DNA of 64,000 bases from Patescibacteria group bacterium (GCA_049322675.1 JBMORM010000009.1:158132-222131), one strand, 5' to 3'. Positions 19,324-29,526 are shown, counted from the stretch's first letter. The notes: generated from the sequence alone by a model not told the origin. Made by a program: numbers and translations.

Positions 19324-20241
19324 ATGGTAAAAATTGTGGCGATTGGGGGACCGACCGCATCTGGCAAAACAGCCGCTTCTTTGAAATTGGCGCGCGAATT
19401 TAACGGGGCGATAATTTCTTGTGATTCCCGGCAAATATATCGGGAGTTGGATATCGCGACGGATAAAATTCCCTACTCCCTACCCTACCATGAACCGATT
19501 GATTTTGATGGGATTGATCATTATGGAATTAATATCGCTGAGGCAGATAAGACATTCACACTATACGACTGGCAAGTTTATGCCAATAAGGTGATTGAAA
19601 AAATCGTTAATGATGGCAAGGTGACATTCTTGGTCGGCGGGACCGGTTTGTATATTCAAGCGATTATCAATAATTATAGTCTGGAAAATGATTTTGACCC
19701 GAAGTTGCGGGAAGAGTTGAATGCTTTAACATTGACAGAACTTCAAGATCGATTGAAAAGTCTTGATCCGACTGCTCTTGAGAAGATAGATGGTAAAAAT
19801 CCTAGGCGGGTGATAAGAGCCGTTGAAAAATTAATAATTAATAATGAACAAGTGACAAAAATTAATAATGAAAAATTAATAATTAATAATTATTATTCGA
19901 TTGTTTTGGCCTTTGAGGCAGATAGAGAAGATATTAGAAAAAAGATCAAATTGAGAGTTGAAGAACATTTGAAAAAGGGAGTGATTGAGGAAGTTAAAAA
20001 ATTGGTGGAAAAATATGGGGCGGATAATCAGATTTTGAATTCGACAATTAGTATTCAGGAATATATTCCATATGTTTTAGGAAAGATTAGTTTGACGGAT
20101 GCAAAAAAACAGGTAGTAATAAATAACTATCAATACGCCAAGAGACAGATGACCTGGTTTAGGAAATATGGGAATACGGTTTTTTGCGACAATATTGAAC
20201 AGATGAGAAAAAATATTAAAGAATTTTTAAGTTATAATTGA
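19324..20241 (+). CDS. miaA: tRNA dimethylallyltransferase
   Basis: GPTASGKT, DSRQIY, VGGTGLY, NPRRVIRAVE, YAKRQMTWF. Confidence 0.97.
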   Translation: MVKIVAIGGPTASGKTAASLKLAREFNGAIISCDSRQIYRELDIATDKIPYSLPYHEPIDFDGIDHYGINIAEADKTFTLYDWQVYANKVIEKIVNDGKVTFLVGGTGLYIQAIINNYSLENDFDPKLREELNALTLTELQDRLKSLDPTALEKIDGKNPRRVIRAVEKLIINNEQVTKINNEKLIINNYYSIVLAFEADREDIRKKIKLRVEEHLKKGVIEEVKKLVEKYGADNQILNSTISIQEYIPYVLGKISLTDAKKQVVINNYQYAKRQMTWFRKYGNTVFCDNIEQMRKNIKEFLSYN

Positions 20242-20289
20242 GTTACTACCCTATTATTTGTCAAAGGAGGCATTTTTTTAGGAGCAGAT

Positions 20290-20733
20290 ATGAAAGAGAA
20301 AAAAGAAGATTATTTGGACAATAGAAATGTGGATCAAGTTTCTTTGAATCGATTGGTTGAAAAAATCAGGGAACTTGAGAAAACAAACAATCTGCCGCCA
20401 ATTAGACCAAAAAGAGAGTATAAAGAAAAGATTTCGCTTTGGAATGATAAGGCCAAGGAAATAATAGCTCTAAAACAAGTGGTCGAGAGAAAGACTTTTT
20501 TTGTTGATCAAGGCATGGTTAGAAATATCAATGTTTACACTGACTGTATAGAGATTGAATATTTTAATCAGTTCAATGAGGTGGCAGTAGGAATACTAAA
20601 AAGAGATGATACTTGGAAGGAAAAAATTGAAATTGATAAATACAATATTATTTTTTCTGATTATAGCAAGGAAGATACTTATTTTGTCAGTAACAAGCCG
20701 GCAGAAATTGTCGGAGTAGTGGTTTTGGAGTAA
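20290..20733 (+). CDS. Hypothetical protein
   Basis: 147-aa ORF with RBS aggag. Confidence 0.7.
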   Translation: MKEKKEDYLDNRNVDQVSLNRLVEKIRELEKTNNLPPIRPKREYKEKISLWNDKAKEIIALKQVVERKTFFVDQGMVRNINVYTDCIEIEYFNQFNEVAVGILKRDDTWKEKIEIDKYNIIFSDYSKEDTYFVSNKPAEIVGVVVLE

Positions 20734-20752
20734 TCATTTTGAAAAATGCAAT

Positions 20753-21898
20753 ATGGTTTTTTGCGATAAATTTGGGACGATAAAAACAATGCTATCCGGG
20801 GATGATCGTCGATCAATTGGACAATCAAATAAAGTGGTAAAATCCGTTACCAAGCAAAAAGATTTTGATGAGTTGTTCATATTGATTTCTGATTCAGATC
20901 CCATGGTGGCGATGCGGGCGGCGGACGCGGTGGAAAAAATTACGGTCTATCATCCGGAATTTTTAGCTACTCATAAGAAAGAAATTTTAGAAAAACTGAT
21001 TAAAATAAAACAGCAGGAAGTCCGTTGGCACTTAGCCCAGATAATCCCTAGATTGAAATTGAGCGAGAGTGAAAGAAAAAAAATCTGGGATATTTTGATT
21101 GAATGGTATGAAGCGGAAAAAAGTAAGATTGTGCGGACTTTTGCATTGCAGGCTTTATTTGATTTGGCCGGAGATTCGTTGGAATGGTTGCATAAATTTA
21201 AATTATTGATCTCCAGAATCCCAGCAGGCACGCCGGTTTCGATAAAGGCGCGAGCGAAAAAAATTGGGGCTCTAATCGAAAAAAAGTTGGAAAAAATAAA
21301 TTTCCAATACTGGCAGGATGATTGGGGAACAGAAAAGGAAAAATGGCCGACTTCGGATTTTGCCCAAAAAACCTGGAAATATATCAATGACAAAAACTAT
21401 CGAACATTGCTGGATTTGGGTTGCGGCAATGGGCGAGACGCGGTCTTTTTTTATAACCACGGTTTGAAAGTAACGGCGGTGGATATTTCCAAAAACGGGA
21501 TCGAATCATTAATGAAGAAAAATAGTCTAATAAAGACAATACTTAAAAATATAAAGAATATCAGCTTTCCGAAAGAATCATTTGATGTTATCTATGCTCA
21601 TTTGAGCCTGCAATATTTTGATCCAAGAGAGAGCAAAATAATTTTTGATAAGTTGCATAATATTTTAACTCCCGGTGGGATGATTTTTGTGCGTTGCAAA
21701 TCAACTGACGATCCGAAATATGGCGAGGGGATGAATCTGGGCGGTAATATTTTTTTCAAAAGTCACTTACGACATTTTTTTACTGAAGAATTGATGAAGA
21801 AATTATTAAAAAAATTTAAAAATATTAAAATAGATAAAACGAGTCATATAAGGGATGGAAATGTTTCACGGTTTATTGAGGGAATTGGGGAGAAATAA
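20753..21898 (+). CDS. HEAT-like domain fused to a class I SAM methyltransferase
   Basis: N-terminal AMRAADAVEK/EVRWHLAQ helical domain; C-terminal LDLGCGNGRD, FDVIYAHLSL, LTPGG. Confidence 0.8.
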   Translation: MVFCDKFGTIKTMLSGDDRRSIGQSNKVVKSVTKQKDFDELFILISDSDPMVAMRAADAVEKITVYHPEFLATHKKEILEKLIKIKQQEVRWHLAQIIPRLKLSESERKKIWDILIEWYEAEKSKIVRTFALQALFDLAGDSLEWLHKFKLLISRIPAGTPVSIKARAKKIGALIEKKLEKINFQYWQDDWGTEKEKWPTSDFAQKTWKYINDKNYRTLLDLGCGNGRDAVFFYNHGLKVTAVDISKNGIESLMKKNSLIKTILKNIKNISFPKESFDVIYAHLSLQYFDPRESKIIFDKLHNILTPGGMIFVRCKSTDDPKYGEGMNLGGNIFFKSHLRHFFTEELMKKLLKKFKNIKIDKTSHIRDGNVSRFIEGIGEK

Positions 21899-21923
21899 TT
21901 TCCAGTTTTTAATCGATACCGTA

Positions 21924-22035
21924 TGTCATCCTGGAACTGGAAGGTAATCCGCTCCAATATCCAGGATCCAGAAAAAAATATGGAGATGGATCCTGGATGT
22001 CGAATAGCGGTTACGCTTTCGGCTCCAGGATGACA
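21924..22035. repeat. REP-like palindromic element
   Basis: tgtcatcctgga...tccaggatgaca outer IR with an inner atccaggatcca/tggatcctggat IR. Confidence 0.8.
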
Positions 22036-22116
22036 GCATTTTGTTGTTAATTCTTTAGTTTTTAAGGGTTTTAGAGAGTTTTAAAGGGTTTATAAGAGTT
22101 TTTTCAAATTATTATT

Positions 22117-23868
22117 ATGTTCGATGAAGCAATAAATAAATATTTTTCTGAATTAGTTTTAGATAAAAACGGTGGGCAGTGGCGGGTGTGTCGGCTGTCT
22201 GGGCAAAAATTTTATGTCCGACCGGAGGATATCGCTTTTTATAAAAAAATTGGCGTGCCCCTCCCTACTCTGTGTTTGGATGAAAGATTGCGAAATAAAT
22301 TTGCATTTTCTTCGGCGCAGTTGTTTTATAATACTTCCGATAAAACCGGTAACAAGATTGTTTCGATGTATCCACCGAATAACAAGTATAAAATTTATGA
22401 ACATAAAATCTGGTTTTCGGATGAGTGGGATCCGATGGAATATCAGATTGACTATGATATCGATAATTCATTTTTTGAACAATTTGCCAAACTCATTATT
22501 CAAGTGCCAAGGTTTGCTTTATTCACTGACGAAAGTAATGAAAACTCAGATTTTACCAACAATTCGGTGCGGCTGAAAAATTGTTATTTGGTTTTAAATT
22601 CTTTAGATGGAGAAGATTGTTATTATACGCGAACTTTACTAAATTCGAAGAATTGTTTTGGCGGGACATTGCTTTTTAATTGTGACACTTGTTATGAATG
22701 CGCTCAGGCCTATGATAGTTACAATTGTTTTCTTGCTGAACACATAAAAAATTGCCGAGACAGTCGTTTTTTGTTTGACTGTCGCGGCTGTAGTGATTGT
22801 TTTATGTGTGCCAATCTGCGTAATAAACAATACTGTTTTGAAAATAAACAATTGACCAAAGAAGAATATTGGGACCGAATGAATGAGATTGATTTGGGAT
22901 CGTGGCAGGTTTTGCGTGAATGTCAAAAACAATTTGAGCAGATGAAAAAGACGGCTATTTATCGGCAAGATCATAATGAGAATGCAATCGATGCCGATGG
23001 AGATTATATTTTGAATTCAAAGAACATTCACCGTTCTTTTTATATTCTCAATTCGGAAAACATTGCTTATAGTAGTGGTTTTGCCGCTTATAAAGATTCA
23101 TTTGACACTTTGGGCGGAGGGGGTGGCGAACAATGTTATGAATTGGCGACAGTTTCGACCGAGGGAAATTATCGGGTCTTTTTTTCGTCTTTTATCAATC
23201 ATTCGACCAACCTGGAATACTGTGATAGTTGTTTTGATTGCCATGACTGTTTTGGCTGCGTGGGATTGCGTTACAAAAGTTTTTGCATTGGGAATAAACA
23301 ATATACCGAAAGTGAATATTGTAAAAAAGTGGATGAATTGAAAATTGGAATGTTGAAAAGGGGCGAATACGGGGAATTTTTTCCACCGAATATTTCGCCT
23401 TATCCTTATGAAGTGTCCGATGCGTTTATCTCTGGTCCGGAAGCTGGACAGACGGAAAATGCCAGAAAATTTGGTTATAATTTTCCGGAAAATAATCTTA
23501 GCGACCTTGAAAGTATTGATAAATCCGATCAAGAGATAATCAAGGCAACCGAGTTGATGGATAATATTGATGATATTGACGAGAAAATATTGAACAAGAT
23601 AGTTTTTGATGAGCAGAATCAGAAAAAATTTCGTTATATTTCCCAAGAGTTGTATTATCACAAGAAATATAATCTGGCGTTACCCAGGGAACATCCGGCA
23701 GTACGGCGTGAGCGAATTATGAACAGTGTTTTGCCATTGGGTTTTTGGATTTATGAGAATTTTGAAAGAAATTGTGATAGTTGTCAGAAAAAAATGACAA
23801 GCGTCTATAAACCGGATTTTGCCGGCAAGGTTTATTGTGAAACGTGCTATCAGAATAACGTCGTTTGA
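22117..23868 (+). CDS. Cys-rich repeat protein of the type common in CPR genomes
   Basis: Repeated CxxC/CY motifs (DCRGCSDCFMCANLRNKQYCF; CHDCFGCVGLR), GEYGEFFP, C-terminal CDSC..CETC. Confidence 0.85.
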   Translation: MFDEAINKYFSELVLDKNGGQWRVCRLSGQKFYVRPEDIAFYKKIGVPLPTLCLDERLRNKFAFSSAQLFYNTSDKTGNKIVSMYPPNNKYKIYEHKIWFSDEWDPMEYQIDYDIDNSFFEQFAKLIIQVPRFALFTDESNENSDFTNNSVRLKNCYLVLNSLDGEDCYYTRTLLNSKNCFGGTLLFNCDTCYECAQAYDSYNCFLAEHIKNCRDSRFLFDCRGCSDCFMCANLRNKQYCFENKQLTKEEYWDRMNEIDLGSWQVLRECQKQFEQMKKTAIYRQDHNENAIDADGDYILNSKNIHRSFYILNSENIAYSSGFAAYKDSFDTLGGGGGEQCYELATVSTEGNYRVFFSSFINHSTNLEYCDSCFDCHDCFGCVGLRYKSFCIGNKQYTESEYCKKVDELKIGMLKRGEYGEFFPPNISPYPYEVSDAFISGPEAGQTENARKFGYNFPENNLSDLESIDKSDQEIIKATELMDNIDDIDEKILNKIVFDEQNQKKFRYISQELYYHKKYNLALPREHPAVRRERIMNSVLPLGFWIYENFERNCDSCQKKMTSVYKPDFAGKVYCETCYQNNVV

Positions 23869-24073
23869 TTTTGATTTAAGATTTTTAGACGCTTGGCGCC
23901 AAGCAACTATTTATGCTTTTCTCGTTCTTGCAGTTTTTGATAATCGATTATTTCCGGTTTTCCAATCGCTTTCGATAGATGAATTACTTTGTTGTCTCCA
24001 AGAAATAATGTCAAATGCGCTCCCCAAGCGTTATTTTTGTTGTTGTATAACAAAATCTATCTGCCTTGATTGA

Positions 24074-24784
24074 TCATTGTTGGTACTCATTTAAAATATG
24101 ACTTACTAAATGAAAAGAATTTTTGGCAACTATCGGGAGAAATTTATTGAAATCTACTGATGCTTCTTCGTTGGCTTTGTCCGATATGGTTCTGATGATT
24201 AAAAATGGAATATCATTAACGGTGCAAACTTGTCCGACCGATGCTCCTTCCATTTCGACGGCATCGCCTTTTAATTCTTCGGTTAAGTATTTATTTTTAT
24301 TAATTTCTTTTTTAGTTAAAAAACTGTCCCCAGTCAATATTCTACCTTCATAAATTGTCTGTAATGATTTTGCCGATAAAGCAAGGGTTCGCAGATATTC
24401 ATCGGTTTCGAAAAATCGATAGTTGGTGTATGGTATGGCTCCCCTGGCGGAACCAAGTTCTCTGGCATCAAAATCATGCTGGACGCAATCTCTGGCTACA
24501 ACTATATCTCCAATATTATGTTCGATATTTAATCCGCCGGCTACTCCGGTAAAAATAATGGCTCGCGGATTGTAGGTATCGATCAACTTTTGAGTGGTAA
24601 GAGCAGCTAAGACTTTTCCCATGCCTGACTTAACGATGACGATATTTTTTTGGCAAAAACTGCCTTCGTAAAAAATAAATTCCTGCCAGTTTTTTATTTT
24701 TGGATTATCGAGATGTTTTATAAATTCATCAATTTCGGCATCGAGAGCTCCCATGATAGCAAAAATATTATTTGGATATTCCAT
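24074..24784 (-). CDS. mtnN: 5'-methylthioadenosine/SAH nucleosidase
   Basis: IMGAL..E, SGMGKV, FTGVAGG, QHD, TGDSF, VEMEGAS, RTISDKA. Confidence 0.95.
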   Translation of the reverse strand: MEYPNNIFAIMGALDAEIDEFIKHLDNPKIKNWQEFIFYEGSFCQKNIVIVKSGMGKVLAALTTQKLIDTYNPRAIIFTGVAGGLNIEHNIGDIVVARDCVQHDFDARELGSARGAIPYTNYRFFETDEYLRTLALSAKSLQTIYEGRILTGDSFLTKKEINKNKYLTEELKGDAVEMEGASVGQVCTVNDIPFLIIRTISDKANEEASVDFNKFLPIVAKNSFHLVSHILNEYQQ

Positions 24785-24870
24785 AAAAATTTTATCACTT
24801 TTGTTATCTAAAAAATCAGTAGCCTTTATTATTATATCAAGGCACGATAAACATTAGAGAGTTATTCCCA

Positions 24871-24940
24871 AATTTCTAATTTTTAATTTCTAATTTCTAA
24901 ACATATTTAGAATTAGATATTAAAAATATTAATATTAATT
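24871..24940. repeat. Degenerate heptamer (AATTTCT) palindromic repeat
   Basis: aatttctaatttttaatttctaatttctaa ... ttagaattagatattaaaaatatt. Confidence 0.55.
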
Positions 24941-25005
24941 TTAAAGACGGGTTAGTATAAAGCATCTTTCCTGCCTTTGCGGCGACATCGAATACCGGCA
25001 ATTGT

Positions 25006-25055
25006 ATCAAACAAAAAAACGCGATTGTGTTTTTTATCGCGTTTTTTTGTTTGAT
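25006..25055 (-). terminator. Strong hairpin/terminator at the distal end of the minus-strand array
   Basis: atcaaacaaaaaaacgcgat / atcgcgtttttttgtttgat, 20-bp perfect stem. Confidence 0.75.
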
Positions 25056-25073
25056 GCTTAAATTTTTTGATCG

Positions 25074-25604
25074 TCAATTTTTTTCCTGGCTTAAATATAT
25101 TGCCCATGCAGCCAGAGCGTCTTGTTCGATTATTTTTCCTTCTCTAATCATGGCGGTTATTTCTTCCTTGGAGAACCAGAAATTTTCGATTTCTTCTTCG
25201 ATGTCGGAATCAAGATATGATTCTTCCAAACCGGTTCCTATATAGACATAGACCATGGCATCGGACCGACGATTGTTGATTAAAAATTTGCCGAGGAATT
25301 GAAGGTTATTGGCTTTGATTTTCGATTCTTCCATTAATTCTCGATTGGCTCCATTTTCAAAATTTTCATCGAGATTGATGGCGCCGCCGGGAAATTGAAA
25401 TAATTTTTGGTTAGGCGGATAAGCGTATTCGCGCTGCATTAATATTTTGCCATCTTCTCTTTTACAAATTACCGCTGCTACGTTGCTGATATTATCAAAT
25501 CTTAGATAATTTGTTTTGTCCCCGTTGGACAATTCTACTTCGTCCTCGATTAAAGTAATTCGAGGATGAGTAAATAATATTTTTGATGATAATTTATTCC
25601 ACAT
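25074..25604 (-). CDS. NUDIX hydrolase (ADP-ribose pyrophosphatase-like)
   Basis: FPGGAINLDENFENGANRELMEES Nudix box; start at MWNKL. Confidence 0.9.
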   Translation of the reverse strand: MWNKLSSKILFTHPRITLIEDEVELSNGDKTNYLRFDNISNVAAVICKREDGKILMQREYAYPPNQKLFQFPGGAINLDENFENGANRELMEESKIKANNLQFLGKFLINNRRSDAMVYVYIGTGLEESYLDSDIEEEIENFWFSKEEITAMIREGKIIEQDALAAWAIYLSQEKN

Positions 25605-25743
25605 ATTGATTTTTGTTTTTTTAATATTTTGTTTTATTAATCTTGTTATTGTACTAAATATCTTGACAAAAGGCAATATTATTGGGAAGTATTTGTTGAG
25701 AACGCGACTATAGGCTGATTATCAATGATTGATAAAATAATAA

Positions 25744-26286
25744 TTATTGAATATTTTTGACGAATTCTTCTAATTTCTTTTTGATTTCTCCTTGGTAGGT
25801 TTCGTTGGTTAATCTGGCCTTCATCATGGCTTCATCTTTGTTTTTTACATCTTCTGGAATAACAAGATTGATAGAAAAAGCGGTACATTGAACACACTTG
25901 TCTCCAATTATATCTTTTACTTTGGTAAAAACTGAATTGTAACCAAATTTGTCGTCTTTATTTTCGTCTTTGCTGCCGCAACAGGTGACAAAATAGAGAT
26001 TTTTTATTTCCTGATGATATTTTTTTAAAAATGATCGAAGCGGCGTAATCAGATTTCCCATCCAGATTGGTCCACATAAAATGATATTGTCGTAGTCGGC
26101 AATGTTGTGTTGAAGATTTTTGAGGCCGGTGGTTAGGTTTAGATTGGATAAAATCATTTGCCAGAAAAAGGCGTTGAAACTTGGCTCGATTTTTTCACAA
26201 TCGCATTGTAATTCTTGAGCGATTTTTTCGGCCAAGAATTTGTTGTTGGCAGTATGGGAATAATAGACAACGAGGTTTTTGGACAT
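25744..26286 (-). CDS. Flavodoxin-like protein
   Basis: LVVYYSHTANN, YDNIILCGPIWMG. Confidence 0.85.
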   Translation of the reverse strand: MSKNLVVYYSHTANNKFLAEKIAQELQCDCEKIEPSFNAFFWQMILSNLNLTTGLKNLQHNIADYDNIILCGPIWMGNLITPLRSFLKKYHQEIKNLYFVTCCGSKDENKDDKFGYNSVFTKVKDIIGDKCVQCTAFSINLVIPEDVKNKDEAMMKARLTNETYQGEIKKKLEEFVKNIQ

Positions 26287-26305
26287 GATTTTTGATGGTT
26301 ATTGA

Positions 26306-27004
26306 TTATTCATTAAAAATTTTTACATTTCCGATGGTTTGAATTTCCGATTTTGAATAAACTATCCCGGCTCCATCTGGAATAGCATAAATTGTTTTAT
26401 TTTTTAATTTCAACTCTTTGAACTCTTCCAATAGATTCATATTGTCATAATGGACTTCCACATAAATATTCTTCTTTACCAAATCCAAACCTTGGCAAAA
26501 TATAAATTTTTCATAGTCTTCATCAGGAGTACAAAAATACTCAGGTAATTGAATCAAAGCTCCCGCACTGGCTCCCATAATGATTCCGTCAAATTTTTTA
26601 ATGGAATCAATCAAATCTTTTTCTTTCAGTCTTTCGACTGTTTTATCAGGAAGACCACCAGTTAAAAAGATAATATCGGCTTGTGCAATTTTTTCTTTCA
26701 TGGTCTCTATGGAATCTTTGAAATAGTGTACTAATTCAATATTTTCATATTTAATCCCAAATTTTTGAAATTGATTGGCGATTATTTCAAAATATTCTCC
26801 ACCCCTTCCGCAATATTTATCATATTCTACAGAAGTAGGCATCATGGAATCATAATGAGAAAAGGCAATGACTGCAACTCGCATGCTTTCTTTAATGTAA
26901 CGTTTTAATCTATCGAATAAAACGCCTTCTGCGTAGTCATATGAACTTAATAATATATTTATATTGGTGGAAAGTTTTAATTTTTTATATTTTTCAATAC
27001 ACAT
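26306..27004 (-). CDS. Peptidase S51 (PepE-like, class I glutamine amidotransferase-like)
   Basis: ADIIFLTGG, GASAGA, EVHY. Confidence 0.85.
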   Translation of the reverse strand: MCIEKYKKLKLSTNINILLSSYDYAEGVLFDRLKRYIKESMRVAVIAFSHYDSMMPTSVEYDKYCGRGGEYFEIIANQFQKFGIKYENIELVHYFKDSIETMKEKIAQADIIFLTGGLPDKTVERLKEKDLIDSIKKFDGIIMGASAGALIQLPEYFCTPDEDYEKFIFCQGLDLVKKNIYVEVHYDNMNLLEEFKELKLKNKTIYAIPDGAGIVYSKSEIQTIGNVKIFNE

Positions 27005-27477
27005 TCTAACTCATTTAAATCAATATATTCTATGTTCAGGCCAATTTCTTTGGGAAGTTCTTGGGAAATAAATTCTCTTATGATATATATTTTTTTTGGA
27101 TTATAGTACCCTGAAAAACCTATCTCGGCCATAACCATTCCACCGTAGCCGACACAAAACATCATGTCACATTCTTCATTAAATTTTGAAGGTTGATTGG
27201 GCCATTTTTTACAAGAAATTATTTCTCCTAATTCAGTATTTAGATGCTTATCAAAATCATCATCCAACGGAACTATTTCGAATATTTTTTCGCCCTTATT
27301 TTTTAGATATTCTTTTCCCAATAATTCCAATAAAGAATTTTTGTCGGGAGTTAAAAGAATTTCAAAATTTGTCTTTGCAAAGATTTTAGCAACTTTTTTA
27401 AGATTATTTTTTCTTATTTCTAACTCTTCTTTTTTCAATTGAGGACATTGATTGGGTCCTATTATTCCTATTCTCAT
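26977..27477 (-). CDS. Hypothetical Rossmann/SLOG-like protein
   Basis: MRIGIIG, CVGYGGMVMAEI. Confidence 0.6.
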   Translation of the reverse strand: MRIGIIGPNQCPQLKKEELEIRKNNLKKVAKIFAKTNFEILLTPDKNSLLELLGKEYLKNKGEKIFEIVPLDDDFDKHLNTELGEIISCKKWPNQPSKFNEECDMMFCVGYGGMVMAEIGFSGYYNPKKIYIIREFISQELPKEIGLNIEYIDLNELECVLKNIKN

Positions 27478-27878
27478 ATAAGTTTGTTGTTATTGACTAC
27501 CAATTCTTTAAAACCGGTATTTTCGTCCATGGTACGGGAAAAAATCAGATTTTTAATTTCTCCGATAACCACTTCGGCAGTTGTATAAATTGTACAACCT
27601 TCTTTCAAATGACCGCCAATCACATTTCCATCTTTGTCAGACAGCGAGATGTGCAGATGGCAACCATCGGTGGAAAATGTGCCGACCAAGGAAACGATTT
27701 CATATTTTTTGGTAAATGTTTTTATAATATTTTCATCGGCCATTCTGAGAGTTGCACAATTTAAACTTCCGACGCAAGTTAAAACCACACCGGCCTTGAT
27801 CTGATTTTCGCGGGCGAAATCTTCAAGGGATACTTTCAGGTCTTGGTTGGGTTGAAGTCTGATGGCGTAAATGTTCAT
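27474..27878 (-). CDS. PPC/DUF296 domain protein
   Basis: AIRLQPNQDL, EIVSLVGT, HLHISLSD, GGHL. Confidence 0.9.
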   Translation of the reverse strand: MNIYAIRLQPNQDLKVSLEDFARENQIKAGVVLTCVGSLNCATLRMADENIIKTFTKKYEIVSLVGTFSTDGCHLHISLSDKDGNVIGGHLKEGCTIYTTAEVVIGEIKNLIFSRTMDENTGFKELVVNNNKLI

Positions 27879-27928
27879 AAAGAAACTATAAAAAATTATG
27901 AGGGGATATAATTATTTATTTGCTTTAA

Positions 27929-28813
27929 CTATTCTTTATTCGTCGAAACAAGATTGGCTAAATCTCCGACTACATTAATTAAATTCTGATTGGCGGGGAC
28001 GATGATTTTGGTGTTTTTTTCGAGGGAGTTTTGGAGGGTTTCCAATTTTCTTAACAGTTGGGCATTGCCAATAAAATATTTGTTGGCGGCTTCATTGACC
28101 AATCTGATTGCTTCCGCTTCACCTTCCGCTTGAAGAATTTGAGATTGTTTAATACCTTCGGCTTGTTTGATCTGGGCTCGTTTTTGACCATCGGCTTCTG
28201 TCTCGACGGCAGTGGCGTGGTCGATGGCGGCGATTTTGTCGTTGGCGGCTTTGACGATTTTGTTCATGTTTTCTTGAACGTCTTTGGGCGGTTCGATTTG
28301 TTTGAGCTCGGTGCGGACGATTTCAATTCCCCAATTGGTTGTTTCTTTGGTAAGAGTTTCGTAAAGTCCGCCATTGATGGTATTTCTCTCACTATTGGCT
28401 GATTTCAAAGTCAGGGTGCCGACAATATTGCGGAGGGTGGTTTTGGCCAAAGATACTATTTGTAAGTTTATATCGTTAACGTTGTATTGAGAATTTTTGA
28501 CACTCTCTTCATCGGGCTTTATTTTGAAGTAGATCTGCGAATCAACGGTGGCATTTAGATTGTCATTGGTAATCATTTCGCGCGGTCCGGATTCGGTCAT
28601 TTGTTCGGTGATATTTACTTGTATCATCCTTTCTATCCCAAAAGGAATAATCCAGTTTAATCCGGGATTGGCGAATCTATTATATTTACCCAAGCGTTCA
28701 ATCAATCCCCGATGAGTCGGGCGAACGATTTTGATGCCGGAAAAAAATAATATGATCAAAAAAAGCGCGCCGACTATCCATAAAATCGCGCTAACTCCGG
28801 TTGAGATGTCCAT
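27929..28813 (-). CDS. SPFH/band-7 domain membrane protein
   Basis: N-terminal TM, IERLGKY, TTLRNIVG, WGIEIVRTE, AEGEAEA. Confidence 0.93.
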   Translation of the reverse strand: MDISTGVSAILWIVGALFLIILFFSGIKIVRPTHRGLIERLGKYNRFANPGLNWIIPFGIERMIQVNITEQMTESGPREMITNDNLNATVDSQIYFKIKPDEESVKNSQYNVNDINLQIVSLAKTTLRNIVGTLTLKSANSERNTINGGLYETLTKETTNWGIEIVRTELKQIEPPKDVQENMNKIVKAANDKIAAIDHATAVETEADGQKRAQIKQAEGIKQSQILQAEGEAEAIRLVNEAANKYFIGNAQLLRKLETLQNSLEKNTKIIVPANQNLINVVGDLANLVSTNKE

Positions 28814-28858
28814 AAAACCTCCAAATTATATTTATGATTACTTTATCACTGATATATA

Positions 28859-29320
28859 TTATTTTATTAAACGCAAAATTGCTTGTTCCAATTTATTTGG
28901 CTCATCTGTGCCTATTCGATATATTTCACCATTTTTTAATTTTATTTCGACGGCATCAAAACCGGAAACATTGTAAATCCAAATTTTAGGCCAAAACCAG
29001 ACTCTTATTCCCCAGCCATAATACCAATGATTTTTTACGGTTTTGACAGAGACTATGTTATCAAGCAAAAACTTTTTACGATAAATGCCGTAGCCAAATT
29101 TGAGGCGTAAATATTTTTCATCAACGATTACCTGGAGCGACACAAAGGAGGAAAGAATTAACAGAATTAATGCCATGATGGAGGTGACGAGAAGATTTGT
29201 GCCTGAATCTGGCGAGGGTGGCTCGGCGGCGGCCGTGACATAAACCCAGGCGAAAAACACCAGTACTGCTAGGGTAACAGCTATCATCAAGTAACTGATT
29301 TGAGTGTGTTTGTAGTTCAT
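28859..29320 (-). CDS. Hypothetical membrane protein
   Basis: 2 TM segments; GWGIR, YNVSG, IGTDEP motifs. Confidence 0.75.
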   Translation of the reverse strand: MNYKHTQISYLMIAVTLAVLVFFAWVYVTAAAEPPSPDSGTNLLVTSIMALILLILSSFVSLQVIVDEKYLRLKFGYGIYRKKFLLDNIVSVKTVKNHWYYGWGIRVWFWPKIWIYNVSGFDAVEIKLKNGEIYRIGTDEPNKLEQAILRLIK

Positions 29321-29371
29321 GGAAATTTTGGTTGTTGTATAGATTATAAAGTTATGCGTAATCTAAATTTT

Positions 29372-29460
29372 ATTTAACATTCAAGTGTGTTTTATTTTTC
29401 TCAGAGTGGCGGAGCAGAATAAGGTAGGAGGCTTTGTAACCAGATATGCTTTGCTGTGCA
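29372..29460 (-). repeat. Degenerate attC-like site
   Basis: gtggcggag..ggaggctttgta..accagatatgc, homologous to the site at 34061-34165. Confidence 0.65.
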
Positions 29461-29526
29461 ATTCGCATGTCTTACTTTAATTTTCTGAAAGAGAATTGCT
29501 TTTAAAAATAATCTGATTTTGTTTTT

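Noticed and set aside
24945-25003. Possible SAM/SAH riboswitch upstream of mtnN
   Set aside because: A GC-richer patch is present, but I could not match it to any SAM or SAH riboswitch consensus
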